The notes: generated by a model not told the origin, from the sequence alone. A DNA stretch of 64,000 nt from Cetorhinus maximus (GCF_964194155.1 NC_135901.1:21080001-21144000), one strand, 5' to 3'. Shown: positions 36,271 to 49,503, numbered from the stretch's first letter. Translations and numbers: made by a program.

Positions 36271-37679
36271 CTCGGCAGGTCAGGCAATATCTGTGGAGAG
36301 AGAAACAGAGTTAACATTTCAGTGTGTTAATGAATAAAAATGGTGCAGAATTTGATAGTCAACCTAAGCTCAGAAATGGAAGAGAAATGGACTATAGCAT
36401 AGGGATAACAATTCCTGACTGAAAGATAAAACTGATAAGCCAGCAGCACATGGTGGAGGGATGGGCGGCCGTGGAAAATGCATTTTTACATGATCAGTAA
36501 AAGTAACAGTAAAATACTAAACATAACTAAAATGCACCCATTACTTAGACAATAGCAGAGAGGTGATCAGTGAGGGCAGAGGTGGAAAAGAGCAATGGAT
36601 GGACGTGGATTCAGATCCACAGTGAAGGTGTCACACCAGCTCTAAGCCATGGAATCTCTCACAGATAACAGAGCATAGCACTAAAAGCTCTAAATTATAG
36701 ATGGATGCTCAATAATACTCCCCTCTGTAACAATTCCACTGTTTTCAATTTTAAAATCTCCTGTTGGAGACTGAAGCTGGAAATATATCAGAAGCACTGG
36801 AGTCAGGGAAAAATCTCCCAATTGAGGAAATACCCAGGGAGCGGGGTGATGTCACCGAGCAATTGTCAGTGCGCGATGACATCACAGACACGAACACAGA
36901 ACATCCGGGTCTGTGCAAACCAGTGATCCCCACACATTATGAAGGATGTGAAGGTCCTTGAGAGGGTGCAGAGGAGATTTACCAGAATGGTTCCAGGGAT
37001 GAGGGGCTTCAGTTGCAATGTTAGGTTGGAGAAACTGGGGTTGTTCTCCTTGGCGCAAAGGAGGTTGAGGAGAGAGTTGATAGAGGTGTACAAGATATAT
37101 ACCTTATAAGGGGTTTAGATAAGGTAGGTAAAGAAAAACTGTTCCTATTATCTGATTGTAAAAGGATTATGAACATAAATTGAAGATTTTAAGCAAGAGA
37201 TACAGAGGGAATGAGAGTAGAACTTTTTTTACACAGTGAGTGGTAATGACCTGGAACTTGATGCTTAAACTCAAAGGCCGATGATATTCAGGTTCCGATT
37301 AATCGAGACTTAATGTTATGTTTGGTTTGAGATTTTTGTCTCAAAACCCTCTTCTTACCAACTGTAAAAGGAGTTTCCAAAATCCATCCCTGTCAGTCCG
37401 AGATAGAAATTGACAACATTGGTATTCAAAATAATAAGGGGCATCGATAGTGTAGATAGGAAGAAACTTTTCCCTTTAGCGGAGGTGTCAATAACCAGAG
37501 GGCGTAAATTTAAGTAAGGGGCAGGAGGCTTAGAGGGGATTTGTGAAAAAAATATTTCACTCAGAGGATGGTTGGAATCTGGACCAGGCTGCTTGATGGC
37601 CGGCACGGACACGATGGGCCGAAGGGGCTGTTTCTGTGCCTGTTTCACTCTGTCTCTTGTCATTCCTGATGACAGGGAG

Positions 37680-38245
37680 AGTGGTGACCGCGCATGCGCA
37701 CCCCCCATGACGCTGGCGGCCGTTAAACTGAGCCTTTCATCGAGAAAGATACCGCCCCATTGGTGCAACCAAAGTACTTGCAGCTTCCTGTTTATGGCGT
37801 TGAGGCCTCCACTGGGTGTTTGTGAAGCCTCCCCTCCCACCCACTGCCCCTAACGCTGCCTCTGCTTATCCGCCTCCTTCCCGCCTGAAGATGAGACAAA
37901 CAAGCGTCTGTCCAAAGACATCACCCACACTGCGCATGCTCCAGATCACAATGCCCTGCGAGTGATTGACGGAGGCTTCGGACTGATAGGACCAATAGGC
38001 TGGAGCGGGAGCTGCTGGTCTTCCAACCAATTGGAGTGAATGAGGGGCGGGGCTGAGCCCGGATCTCTCTCATAGGCTGAAACTCTGCATCATTTTGGCA
38101 GCTGATTTGTCTCAAACTCCAGGAGAAAACTGGACCTTTCTGTTTGTGGCTTTAAACAGATGAAACCCTGTGGGTGTGGAGCAAACATTTCAACAATCGT
38201 TACTGAAATGGATTCTTTCAGGACAGACAGCAGGAATTATTTCAG
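37680..38245 (-). promoter_or_regulatory. promoter and first exon of ZNF copy 7 (possibly bidirectional)
   Basis: NRF1-like motifs at about 37690 and 37931, CCAAT boxes at about 37992 and 38027, GC box at 38044. 37870-37945 is the reverse-complement homolog of 8100-8180. Confidence 0.7.
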
Positions 38246-39793
38246 GAAATCACACAGTGTAGTGATTGTTTCTCTTTGAACTCATCCCTTGGAGAATAGT
38301 CTGAATTAATGGAAGAATTCATAGGCTGTTCAACGCTCCTTCTATGACTAGTACCATTTAATTCCAGCCGATCTGTTGGTCCGGCTTCAACCGGGAGAGT
38401 TTGATGAGTTCCCACAACTCACACAATACGAGTGGACAGCCAGACCAGCAGGACACACCTATCCTGCCTGACATCAACCCAGAATGAGCTGGAGAGCCAT
38501 CTCCATTCAGCAGGTCAGTCTGCAGTGGGGTTTCTGACTCAGAGGTGGGAATGCGAAGTTACTTTTTATTAATAACCCTAAAAGTTACAATTGCCACCGT
38601 ACTAACAGATCTTCTCCTTTGTCTGTCAACTTCATTGTCCAAATAAAGTTTTGTTTTACTTTTGCAGCTTAATAGTGGCACTTACACCATCTAACCACCT
38701 CCTTCCTTGTGAAAGTGCTTAGCTATAGTAGTTGCAGAAACCACATCCTTATCTATCCTCTACCAAACTTCTCCTCATTCTCTCAGAATGAAATCATTCC
38801 TATCTTTATCCAGTATTTTCCATTATCCTTAAATGAATTGTCTCAGTTTATGACTGATTCTGCATTATGAATCTAATCAAGCTCCTCCAATGTTCATTCT
38901 AATTCAGTTTGATTTATGGTTAATTGTGAACCATCACATCTGCTTGTGTTTCTGCCTTATCTTCATGTTCAGCCTGGTTTTGCTTGTGGTCAGAATTCAG
39001 TTCAGTGACCCCTGTCCAGCTGCATGTATTCTCACAGGGTAACTGGATTTGTGTCCATGGTGCCTGTGTTAGACATTGAGTCATTGTTTGATACCCAACC
39101 AATGCAGTGAAATCAGAAACAACTTGTTCACATAAAAGGTGATGCAAATCTGGACCAATCTCCACAAAAGGCTGGGGATCAATTGAAATTTTCAAGATGG
39201 GAATCGATAGATTCTTGTTAAATAAAGATCTCAAAGAAAATGGATCGAAGATGGGAAAATGGAGTTGAGGTGCAGGTCAAATTGAATGGGGGAGCAGACT
39301 TGTGGGACTGAATGGCCTCATCTTGTTCCTATGTCCTGGCTGCTGTCCCTCCAGCAATGATTATCTCAGAGCGGGGCCAGTTTGGGATATCCCTGTGGGT
39401 CAGTTTGTTCAGCATCCAACCCTGAGCTGTCCCAGAAAGGGGCAGTTTGTGATGTCCCCTTGGGGTGCAGTAACTTCAGTGTCTGTCCTTGAAATGCACC
39501 AGGAAGGGAAGTTTGTGATGTTCCTGTGGAGTGCAGTATGATCAGCATCTAACCCTAAAGTGCCCTCACACATCCTGCTCAGACTCATCATGTCTCTGTC
39601 CCTTATTTCCCACAGTAATCCAAACACAAAGTCCAGCTACAAACATTACTTTCATTTTCTAATTGTTTTACAGGGATTCACCACATTCATGGTAGTTTAC
39701 ATTACTGGAAGTAAGCCTTTTAAAAAGTGACCCTTCCCACTATACTTTATACAGCATGCAGATTAAAAGTATATGAATATATACTTTAAGTAT

Positions 39794-40447
39794 ATGTCCA
39801 TCCTTGGACTGCTGCAATGTTCCAGTGAAGCTCAACGCAAACTGAAGGAACAGCACCTCATCTTCCGACTAGGCACTTTACAGCCTTCCAGACTGAATAT
39901 TGAGTTCAACAACTTTAGATCATGAACTCTCTCCTCCATCCCCACCTCCTTTCTGATCCCCCTTTTTTCCAATAATTTATATATATTTTTCTTTTCCTAC
40001 CTATTTCCATTATTTTTAAATGTATTTCCATGCATTGTTTTATCTCTACCTTTTAGCCTATTTCGATCCCTTCCCCCCCACCCCACCCCCACTAGGGCTA
40101 TCTGCACCTTGCTCATCCTGCTTTCTACCCTTAATGTCACCTATTAGCACATTTCTTACCTAATATTACCACCGTCAACGCCTCTTTGTCCTTTTGTCTA
40201 TGACATCTTTTGGCAATCTCCGCCTATCACTGACCCTCTATCCAGCTCTACCTGTCCCACCCCCTTTAAACCAGCTTATATTTCAACTCTCTTCTATTTT
40301 TCCTTAGTTCTGTTGAAGAGTCATATGGACTCGAAACATTAACTATGTTCCTCTCCGCAGATGCTGTCAGACCTGCTGAGTTTTTCCAGGTATTTTTATT
40401 TTTGTTTTTGTTGTGGATTTCCAGCATCCGCAGTTTTTTGCTTTTAT
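39794..40447 (+). mobile_element. Penelope-like element 3' end
   Basis: EAQRKLKEQHLIFRLGTLQPSRLNIEFNNFRS, then 3' UTR with a hammerhead-like motif at about 40310-40340. Confidence 0.92.
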
Positions 40448-40689
40448 CATGTTCTGTGGACATGGGTTCAAATGTGGAATTTTAAAGCTGGTTTGATGAT
40501 TGATTAATTCACTGAGGAAATCTATTGTCCTGAAAAACCATGGAAATCTGAAAGGAAAAACTGGAAAAGCTCAGCAGGTCTCTCTGGCTCTATAATAAAC
40601 CAAGGGCCCGAGGCCCCTCCGAGCATTCACAATCCACCTGGCCAACCCGCAGTAGATAAAGCAGTTTCTGAAGTGCCCAGGATTCACGG

Positions 40690-40990
40690 ATCACAGAATT
40701 GGTACCGTGCAGGAGGCCTTTGGGCCCATCATGTCTGTACCGGCTCTCCGAATGAACAAATCACTTAGTAACATTCTACAGCCTCTTCCCCGTAACCCTC
40801 CACAACATTTCTTTTCAGATAACAGTCTAATTCCCTTTTGAATGCCTCAATTGAACCTGCCTCCTCCAAACTCTCAGGTAGCTCATTCCAGACCTTAACC
40901 ACACTCCGTGAAAAAAATTCCTCATCACCTTTGCTTCTTTTAGCAATTACTTTAACTCTGTGCCTTATCATTCTCGTTCTTTTCAAAAGT
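40690..40990 (-). mobile_element. CR1 3' end
   Basis: VVKVWNELPE..EAGSIEAFKRELDCYL. Confidence 0.85.
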
Positions 40991-41269
40991 TATTGCTGAG
41001 TACGTGCCATTTGATAGCACTTTCAATGACACTTTTGATTACTTTGCTGATTATCCAGTGAATGGGCGGTAATTGGCAAGATTGGATTTGTCGTACGTTT
41101 TGTGAACAGGACATACCTGGGCAATTTTCCACATTGTGGGGCAGATACCAGTGCTGTAGCTATACTGGAACAGCTTGGCTATGGGCAAGTCAAGCCAAGA
41201 TAAATGTTTATTTCTTGGGAACTAGGATCCTGGACTGACAGTGATGGCTTTTGTGAACTCCTTTTACAC

Positions 41270-42383
41270 AGGATATTAGAAGCGGAGGACTTGCAGACAG
41301 AAATCTCAAACCGAAGAACATGTCAATGTCTGACAGTCACTTGATTCATCAGGACCTGAATATCATTGGAAATTTGAATCTAGAAGGAGAAATGTTTGAC
41401 TGTTCTGTCAGCTTCTAAACGTTTTGAACATCATTGTAACTGGAAAAGCACACACACACACGCACTCACCTTGGTTACAGTGCTCCAGTGGACCGACTGT
41501 GGAAAGAGCTTTAACCAGATACACAGCCTGAAAAAACAGGGCACCATTCACAGTGAGGAGAGACAGTACACATGTTCTGTGTATGGACGAGGCTCCAACT
41601 GATCCTCAAACCTGGAAAGACAAAAGGACACCCACACCATTGGAGAAACCATGGAAATGTGGGGACTGTGGGAAGGGATTCCCTTCCCCATCTGCGCAGG
41701 AAACTCATCGTCGTATTCACACTGAGGAGAGGCCTTTCACCTGCTCTGATTGTGGGAAGGGATTCACTCAGTTACGCAATCTCCTGCGACACCAGAGAGT
41801 TCACACTGGGGAGAGGCCATTCACCTGCTCTGAGTGTGGAAAGGATTCACTGATTCATCCACCCTCCTGAGACACCAGCGAGCTTACACTGCAAAGAGAC
41901 TGTTCACTTGCTCTGAGTGTGGGCAGGGATTCAATGCTTCATCCACCCTGCAGACACATTAACGTCTCCACACTGGGGAGAGGCCATTCATCTGCTCTGA
42001 CTGCTGGAAAGGATTCACTCAATCCTCCCATCTGCTGACAAACCAGTGAATTCACACAGGGGAGAAATCCTACACCTGCCCTATCTGTGAGAAGGGATTC
42101 ACTCAGTTGTCTAATCTGCTGCAACACCAAGGAGAGGCCATTCAGCTGCTCTAAATGTGGGAAGGGATTCAGTGCTTCATCCACACTGCTGAGACACCAG
42201 CGAGTTCACACTGGGGAAAGGCCGTTCACCTGCTCTGAATGTGGGAAGGGATTCACTCAGTCATCCCACCTGCTGTCACACTGGCAAGTTCACATCTGCA
42301 AAGGGTAATTTACCTGCTCCATGTGTGGGAAGGGATTCACTCAGTCATCTAGCTTGCTGGGACACCAGCAAGTTCACAAGTAG
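41270..42383 (+). pseudogene. ZNF pseudogene (copy 8)
   Basis: Exon-start block at about 41270. Start codon disrupted (CACCATTGG). Multiple frameshifts and stops among about 9 fingers. Confidence 0.88.
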
Positions 42384-43355
42384 GTACAGGGGTTAGATTC
42401 TGCTGTTATTGCTGCTGTTAATCACATCCAGGACTGAACCATGTTCATTCTGACAGTTGGTGAAGTGGGAAGGTTGGAGGGTCTCTTTCTGCTGGACTGG
42501 ACGGTCTCATGACTTTGCTTCCAGTGAGCTGATGCTCTTTGAATGTGGGAGTACACTTTTCCACTGAAATTTCACTCGCCATCCTGACTTGGAAATATAT
42601 CGCCATTCCTTCACTTTCACTGGGTCAAAATCCTGGAGCTCCCTTCCTAACAGCACTGTGGATGTACCTGCATCACATGGACTGCAGCGGTTCAAGAAAG
42701 CAGCTCACCACCTCCTTCTCAAGGGCAACTAGGGATGGGTAGTAAATGCTAGCTCAGCCAGCGAAGCCCACATGCCGTGAATGGATTTTTTTAAATGACC
42801 TGCAAAAGCTGATGAAATACATTTATTTTATCCTGATAGTAAATAGTATTTTTCCTACCACTACAGGTAGATCTCAAATAAATAAATTTATCTCTGTTCC
42901 TTTGAGTCTACATCACGGGGCCAGGCCAGTCGGCTCAATTCGTCTATGTCAGTATTTATGCTCCACATAAGCCTCCAACCCGCCCTCCCACCCCCCCACC
43001 CACCCGCCCTCCCGCCCCCAACCCACCCATCAGCATATCGTTCTATTTCTTCTCCCTCATGTATGTATCTAGCTTCCCCTTAAATGTATCCATGTTACTT
43101 ACCTCAACCGCTCGCTGTGGTAGCGAGTTCCACATTCTCCCACTCGCTGGGTAAAGAGGTTTTTCTCATGAAATCCCTATTGGATTATTAAAGCGCTTCA
43201 GAATCTTTCATATTTCCATCAGGTATCCTTCAGGGATTATTATGTGTATTGCAGGTTATAAGATAGTTGAACATAGGGAAACATACGACTCAGGAACAGG
43301 AGTCGGCCACTTGGCCCCTCGAGCCTGCTCTGCCATTCGATAAGATCATGGCTGT

Positions 43356-44439
43356 TGTTAAGATGTACAGCAGGTTGTAAATTGTGATATTCTAAATGGG
43401 GTATTACAAAGATGAGACATTTTCATTTCTTCCTGACGAAGATGTTGTGAAGATCTAGTTTCATAATTTTAATGTTTCCGTAATACAAATTAGTTTGGGA
43501 ATTTTTTTTATTGTAAGATCAATGGAAAATCTGGATTGAGAATCTGATAGAAACACCCTAAGGGAATTCATAATCACAAGGTGTGGCTCATGTTGATTTA
43601 AGAAGTCAAAGCTCGAAGGGTAAGAACTGTAAAACGGCAGGTGGGCTCTTTTAGCTGGAGACATTGGGTCTCACAATTATTGTCCTGTCTTTGTTAGAGA
43701 GGTGAATTATTCATGCAGACCTCAGGGAAAAAAGGTTTAGTTTTGAAGCTAAAAGTTAATAAATTTAAATATCAATTAGACATCCCAACTGGCCTCTGTA
43801 ACCATGGGGATAAGTGATTCAGGGTGGAGCCTTGGTTAGAATTTTGGGTGTTTCTCACAGAAAGCAGGCAGTCTGCAGTTCGCTTGGAAGCAGTCAGCTG
43901 TGGTCCCAGGAGCTGTGAACCAGCTGTGGGACTGGAAGCCTAGAGGGCCATTAGGAACTAGGGGTGTTCCTGATGCTTAAATCCCTCAGCAAGAGGGCAG
44001 TAAGCCCACGCTTAGACTGAGGAATCCAGAGTTTTGAGGTCTTAAAGGAAAGTTGGAGAGTTGTTTAGTCAAAAGCTAATTGAAGGGCCACCATAAAATC
44101 TTGGAGCTTGGTGAATAGCTGGAATACTGAGGAGAATTAAAGTGAATTCTGGAGAGCTTTGGCATACCAGGAACAGAAGTGAATGAACCTTCAAGATATT
44201 GTTAAGTATAAGGGAACTCTTGGGGGCAAGTTAAAAAGTAGAACTGTGTTTACAGCATAAGTCTTTATAAATTATAGTGTTAAGTTCATGGTGCTGGTTT
44301 TTAATATTCTTTTCTTTTCTATGTACAGTAAAGTTTAGTTTTGTTTAAAAACATGGAATCTTGTGGCATAACTCTTTCAGTTAATCACTGGGTTCGAATT
44401 TCTCTTTAAATGTTAACGGTTTTGACTGGGATCATAACA
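43356..44439. mobile_element. solo-LTR-like element (TGTTA...TAACA)
   Basis: 5-bp terminal inverted ends; homologous to 12509-13526. A similar ...GGGATCATAACA end occurs at about 49775. Confidence 0.6.
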
Positions 44440-44499
44440 GCACGCACAAACAATATTTCAAAAATTGAAAAAGAAAATTTTCCTTATTTTGTACAAAGC

Positions 44500-46204
44500 T
44501 TACATTATAAGACACCCCTCTTCCAGGATCCCCAATAATTTCCTCGTTTGAGGACTTCCTTTCATGAAACATTCCGATAATTGATGATTAAAATTGGAAC
44601 TATTTGTAGTCCCTTGTAAAGCAGGAGGGCTGTCGCCCAGCACAGAGCGTAATTTGGGATTTCTCCCATAGACCAATTGATAGGGACTATACCCTCCAGC
44701 CATCTGAAATGAATTCTTTACATGAATTGTCCATGTCAGTGCAGTTGTCAACTTGCAGTTTGGCTGATCAGCTAAGATTTTATGCAGCATTTCATCGATC
44801 ACTGCCTGATTCCATCCACAGAGCCCATTGCTGAAAGGACTTTCAACTGCGGTGTTCATGACCATAATGTTCACATCTAAATTTGTAATTAGCAAATTCC
44901 CCTCCATTATCAGTCAGAAACTTAGCTGGTGCCCAGGTTCAATACCTATCCATTTCCCATGGTTTGGTCTATAATCACCCTTTTGTCCTTGCCTTGTATT
45001 ATTGGAGAAAAACTTAATTGGGTTACCATGTCTATAAAGTGTAGAATGAAAACATTCCTGTCTTTATCCCTTTTGATCCATGCCAGCTACCTTGTTAAAG
45101 TCACGTGCCAAGGGAAGGTTTTCAATAGAATGTGACGGCGTTCTCCGATACTTTTTAAATATTTCACACTTTGCACTAATCTCTTTTATGAGCCTCATAT
45201 ACTCTTCATCCACCACCCTTGCATCCTTTACGAGGGTTTTTAATCTTTGACAGAAGGGTGAGAAAATTGTCCGTGCAGCTTAAAAAAAATGTTTTTTCTT
45301 TCTGATTCTTATCACCTGATTCCATTAATCCTTCTCAAATACTCTGATTAGAAACATCAGGTATTGTTAAGGGGATACAATAATGTCCTGATTGAGTAGG
45401 CTGCAGATCCACTGACTTTCCAAAAAGTTACTTGCCTTATCTCGCTCTGTGCCAAGTGGCATAATGATCATCATATTTTGAGTCAGACCTGTAACACCTG
45501 TTAATTGTTCCCAGTGTCATTCCTGGGGTTCTTTCACCTATTAGTGCTGTTCCAATCCAGATCTGCTAAAGATGCTTTCAACCTCATTCGAAATCTGTCC
45601 AAGTCTGACTATGCTTCATTGGCATCCAATTTGATCATCTTTCTTGTAAATTTCTTCAATGAACGCTAATAGAAGAGCCAAACCTTCATTAGTATCCAAC
45701 TGACAGGTATCTAGCTCACACAATACTTCTGCTTCTGATTTTACTTTAGTTAGGAAGTGACAATGCCAAGACCAGACTTTGTTTCCTCCTTGGTTGGGAC
45801 GTAATCCGTGTCCACATATCCACTTCATTCTTCCACTGGTCATATGGCTCAGACTCTGAGAACATTAGCGGCTAATCAGGCCCTGAGAATTTCCACTTGC
45901 TTTCAGCCATTCCTCACTAAAACTGCTAGGATTGTAAGCCTCTATCTGAAATCTTATTTTCTTTGCATTGCCAAACTTTACCATTAGACAATCATTCTCA
46001 GTTACCATGTTATAATCCTGACAGCCTTATGGTGAAGGAAGAAACTGGAACCAATCCTTACTTGGTATAGATTTCACAGTGAAACATTAACCTCCTAACT
46101 CTACTCCATGCTCTGTCAGTAAGTGTCTCTCTATTTGTACTCATGTAACCATCCAAACAGGCCCTCCATCTGAATATACTTAACCTCCATTGATACAATT
46201 AACA
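44500..46204 (-). mobile_element. degenerate Ty1/Copia (GalEa-like) LTR retrotransposon, 5' half
   Basis: LTR 46008-46204 (TGTTA...TAACA), then PBS-like TGGTAACTGAGAATG. gag YDQWKNEVDMW. Integrase LHGQFSHP..KCE, ILHFID, KFLTDNGGEF, SPFSNG and GYSPYQLVYGRNP. Confidence 0.8.
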
Positions 46205-46257
46205 CGCGCAGTCGGAGTATCTAAAATGTCTCTAATCCGTGTGACTGCCATGGGATC

Positions 46258-47079
46258 TCAGCCAGTTGGCTGACTCAGTGAATCCTTTCCCACACTCAGA
46301 ACAGGTGAACAGTCTCTCTCTTCTGTATGAACTCGTTGGTGCCTTCGCAGGCTGGATGAATCAGCGAATACCTTCCTGCATTCAGAGCAGGTGAATGGCC
46401 TCTCCCTGGTGTGAACTCGCTGATGTCTCAGCAGCTGGGATGACACACTGAATCCTTTCCCACACATACAGCAGGTGAAAAGCCTCTCCCCGGTGTGAAC
46501 TCGCTGGTGTTTCCACAGGCTGGATGAGTGTGTGAATCCCTTCCCACACTCCTTGCAGCTGAATGGCCTCTCTCCAGTGTGAACGTGTCGGTGTGTCCGT
46601 AGACTGGTCGACCGAGTGAATCCCTTCCCACACACGGAGCAGGTAAATGGCCTATCTTCAGTGTGAGCCATCTGGTGTAGCAGCATGTTGGTTAACTGAG
46701 TGAATCCCTTCTTGCACACAGAGCAGATGAATGGCCTCTCCCCAGTGTGAACTACATGGTGATTCTGCAGGGTGGATGATTCACTGAATCCCTTCCCACA
46801 CACAGAGCAGGTGAATGGCCTCTCCCCAGTGTGAACTCGCTGGTGTGTTTGCAGTTGGGATGAGCAAGTGAATCCCTTCCCACACTCAGTGCAGGTGAAT
46901 GGCCTCTCCCCAGTGTGAACTCGCTGATGTGTAAACAGGTGGGATGAGTGTGTGAATCCCTTTCCACACATGGAGCAGATGAACGGCTTCGCCCCGGTGT
47001 GAATCCGTCGATGAATTTCCAGTGCAGATGGGGTACGGAATCCCTTCGCACACTCCCAACATTTCCATGGTTTCTCCAT
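46258..47079 (-). CDS. C2H2 zinc-finger protein, 9 fingers (ZNF copy 9)
   Basis: Kozak CACCATGG start and 9 intact fingers. A frameshift in a GA run ends the ORF; the 3' end abuts the LTR. Confidence 0.85.
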   Translation of the reverse strand: MEKPWKCWECAKGFRTPSALEIHRRIHTGAKPFICSMCGKGFTHSSHLFTHQRVHTGERPFTCTECGKGFTCSSQLQTHQRVHTGERPFTCSVCGKGFSESSTLQNHHVVHTGERPFICSVCKKGFTQLTNMLLHQMAHTEDRPFTCSVCGKGFTRSTSLRTHRHVHTGERPFSCKECGKGFTHSSSLWKHQRVHTGERLFTCCMCGKGFSVSSQLLRHQRVHTRERPFTCSECRKVFADSSSLRRHQRVHTEERDCSPVLSVGKDSLSQPTG

Positions 47080-48354
47080 GGTGAGGGTGTCCTTGTATCT
47101 CCCCAGGTTCGACGCTCAGTTGAAAACTTGTCCACACACACAACATGAGTATGGTCCCTCTCCACTATGAATGGTGTGTTTTTTCAGTCTGTGTAACTAG
47201 TGAAAGCTCTTTCCACTGTTAGTGCACTGGAACACTCTCAGTCGTGTGTGTGTGTCAGTGCTTTTCCAGTCACACTTAAGTTTAAAACCTTCCGAAGCAC
47301 ACAGAACAGACAAACATTTCTGCTTCTTGTTTCAAAAGCTGAAGACATTCAGCTCCCGATGAATCAGGTGACTGTCAGATTCTGATGTGATGTTTGGTTT
47401 GATAATCTGTCTGCAAATCCTCCCCTTCTAATGTCCTGTAAAAGGAGTTTACAAAAGTCATAAATGTCAGTACAATATAGAAATTCAGAACACACAATTC
47501 TAGTTTCTATGGATCATTCCTTCTTCTCTCATTCCCCAAAATGCTGTAAATCTTGATCCCACAAACTCTCCCTCCATTCTCACTCTGCTGGTACTAATAT
47601 ACACCCTCCCAATTCTCCTGAAGGTGTTAATTCATGCTGATTGACAAATCCATGCTTACAAATTCTATATATTTATTGGACAAAAATTAATGTAGTATAA
47701 AGTACTGTATTGCATGATACATGGGGCATGTGAGGATGAACTTTATTTAGGCAGTGAGTGGGCATGAACTGGAACTTTTTGCCTACGAGCGTGGTGGAAA
47801 CAGAGTTGATAAATGATTTCAAAATGAAATTGGATGGGCACTTGAAGGAAATAAACTTGCAGGGCTGCAGGGTCATAGAGGAGGAATGGGACTGAGTGGA
47901 TTCCTCTACAAAGAGTCAGCATGGACTTGAATGGACTCCTTCTGTGCCATCGTGACTCTATATATAATATATAACATAGCTACAGTTCAATATTACAAGA
48001 CTAGAAATAACAATAAATGTACTTTATTACAGAACCATAAATAATAATCTAATCTGATCATATAACATTAATCATATCTCTGTCTTATATTAATTAACTG
48101 TCCCCTTAAATGCCAGCCATCTCTTGGGGAAACTACCCCTCTAATTAGAAACATTAGGAAAAAGACCATCCTTTTAGCCAGACAAATAAATGTGTCAAGC
48201 TGAGGGAGCAAAGGATGTCAATGTCTTTAAGAGAGAGGGAGACCTGAGCCAACCTTTCCAGAGTCTGCGCCCTCCCTGGATTCACTTCCTTTCCCTTCAG
48301 CTCCTGTAAGACAACAATTAGAAAATAATTTCCCGAATTAGAAAACAAATGGAA

Positions 48355-49250
48355 ATGGGGAGAAAAGAAAGTGTTTTACTCACAGATGTTGCACGGAGGA
48401 GGGTGTTTTAACGTCTGTGAAATTGAACTTTCATTCGGAGAGAGAGTAGCAGCTTTGCTGGACAGTAATGAGCAGGTCAGCAAACTCATTGTTCAACTTC
48501 CGCGTTCAAACAACGGGGAAAATCCGTGCAGCCAGAGGCACAAAGGCCACACTCTGATTGACTGGAGGACTAGTCCACTTCTGGTCCTCCAGCTCTTTCC
48601 ATTGGTCAACCCCGGTCAGATCACAATGAGGGAGCGTAACCGGAGTGCACGTGGGGGTGGGAGAGACTTTGACCTCCAGACGCGCTGAGCTGTTGTCCAA
48701 TCCGCAGTAGTTTGCTCCTGTACCAGGGCTATTGATCCCATTGAGACGTTGTGTTGGGAACGCCCCTTTGAGTTATTATGACGTTCATAATGGAACACTC
48801 TCTGAATTAAACAATAGGACTCACTCTGCTCCACGGTGACGTGCTCGGGTTTAGTCTGCAGGCCAGGCGCGCGGACACAGGAGCCCCACCCCCACCCATT
48901 GTTTTTCCTCCCCCGAGCCAACGTTTCCAGGCAACCGACTCGGCGAACTCCCCCCACCCCCAACGGCGGCTGGCTGGTCCAAAAAGAGATCGAGAGCGAC
49001 CGCTGGCGGCAGCTGCATTGCGCCTGTTCCCAACAGCTAGGTCAGCAGCGTTTTCTGCGCCTGCGTGCTGGGCTGCCGGCTGAGGGAGTCGGACAGGGGA
49101 CTTTGCAAAATGTCTTTTCCCCTTATTTTGTTCCAAGTCATGTAGTTTGATTTTAAACAGCACAGCATTTGTTTTTACCTTGACAAACACACTAAAACTT
49201 CCTCCTCTGTTCAACATCTGTGAGTAAAACACTTTCTTTCCCCCTTCCCC
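48355..49250. promoter_or_regulatory. bidirectional promoter with mirror-image first exons (copies 9 and 10)
   Basis: CpG-rich core with CCAAT, CACGTG and TGACGT motifs. Paralogous donors ACATCT|GTGAGTAA on the minus strand (about 48382) and the plus strand (about 49219). Confidence 0.75.
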
Positions 49251-49503
49251 TGGGAAATACAGAGAGTCGTGGGACTCTGTAACTGGAATTAGTGCCAAAT
49301 ATGCTGAGGGGGAAAATGCTGCTGATTTTGTGAAACCTGTTTTTTATCGAATGAGCTGGTTCAAGTCAATTTTGTCCTGTCTATTCAAATATTGTTTGTC
49401 TGTTAATGCATGCTTCACTTGCGTTAATTTTAGTTTGATTGTTACAGTAGAAGTTTGAAATTTTGTCCTTTGGTTTATTCCATTCGGGTTGTCTGGGAAT
49501 TTG

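Noticed and set aside
42381-42460. SECIS element explaining the conserved UGA as selenocysteine
   Set aside because: No AUGA/AA/GA core with correct spacing is visible, the UGA is not at a Cys position, and frameshifts occur in the leader.
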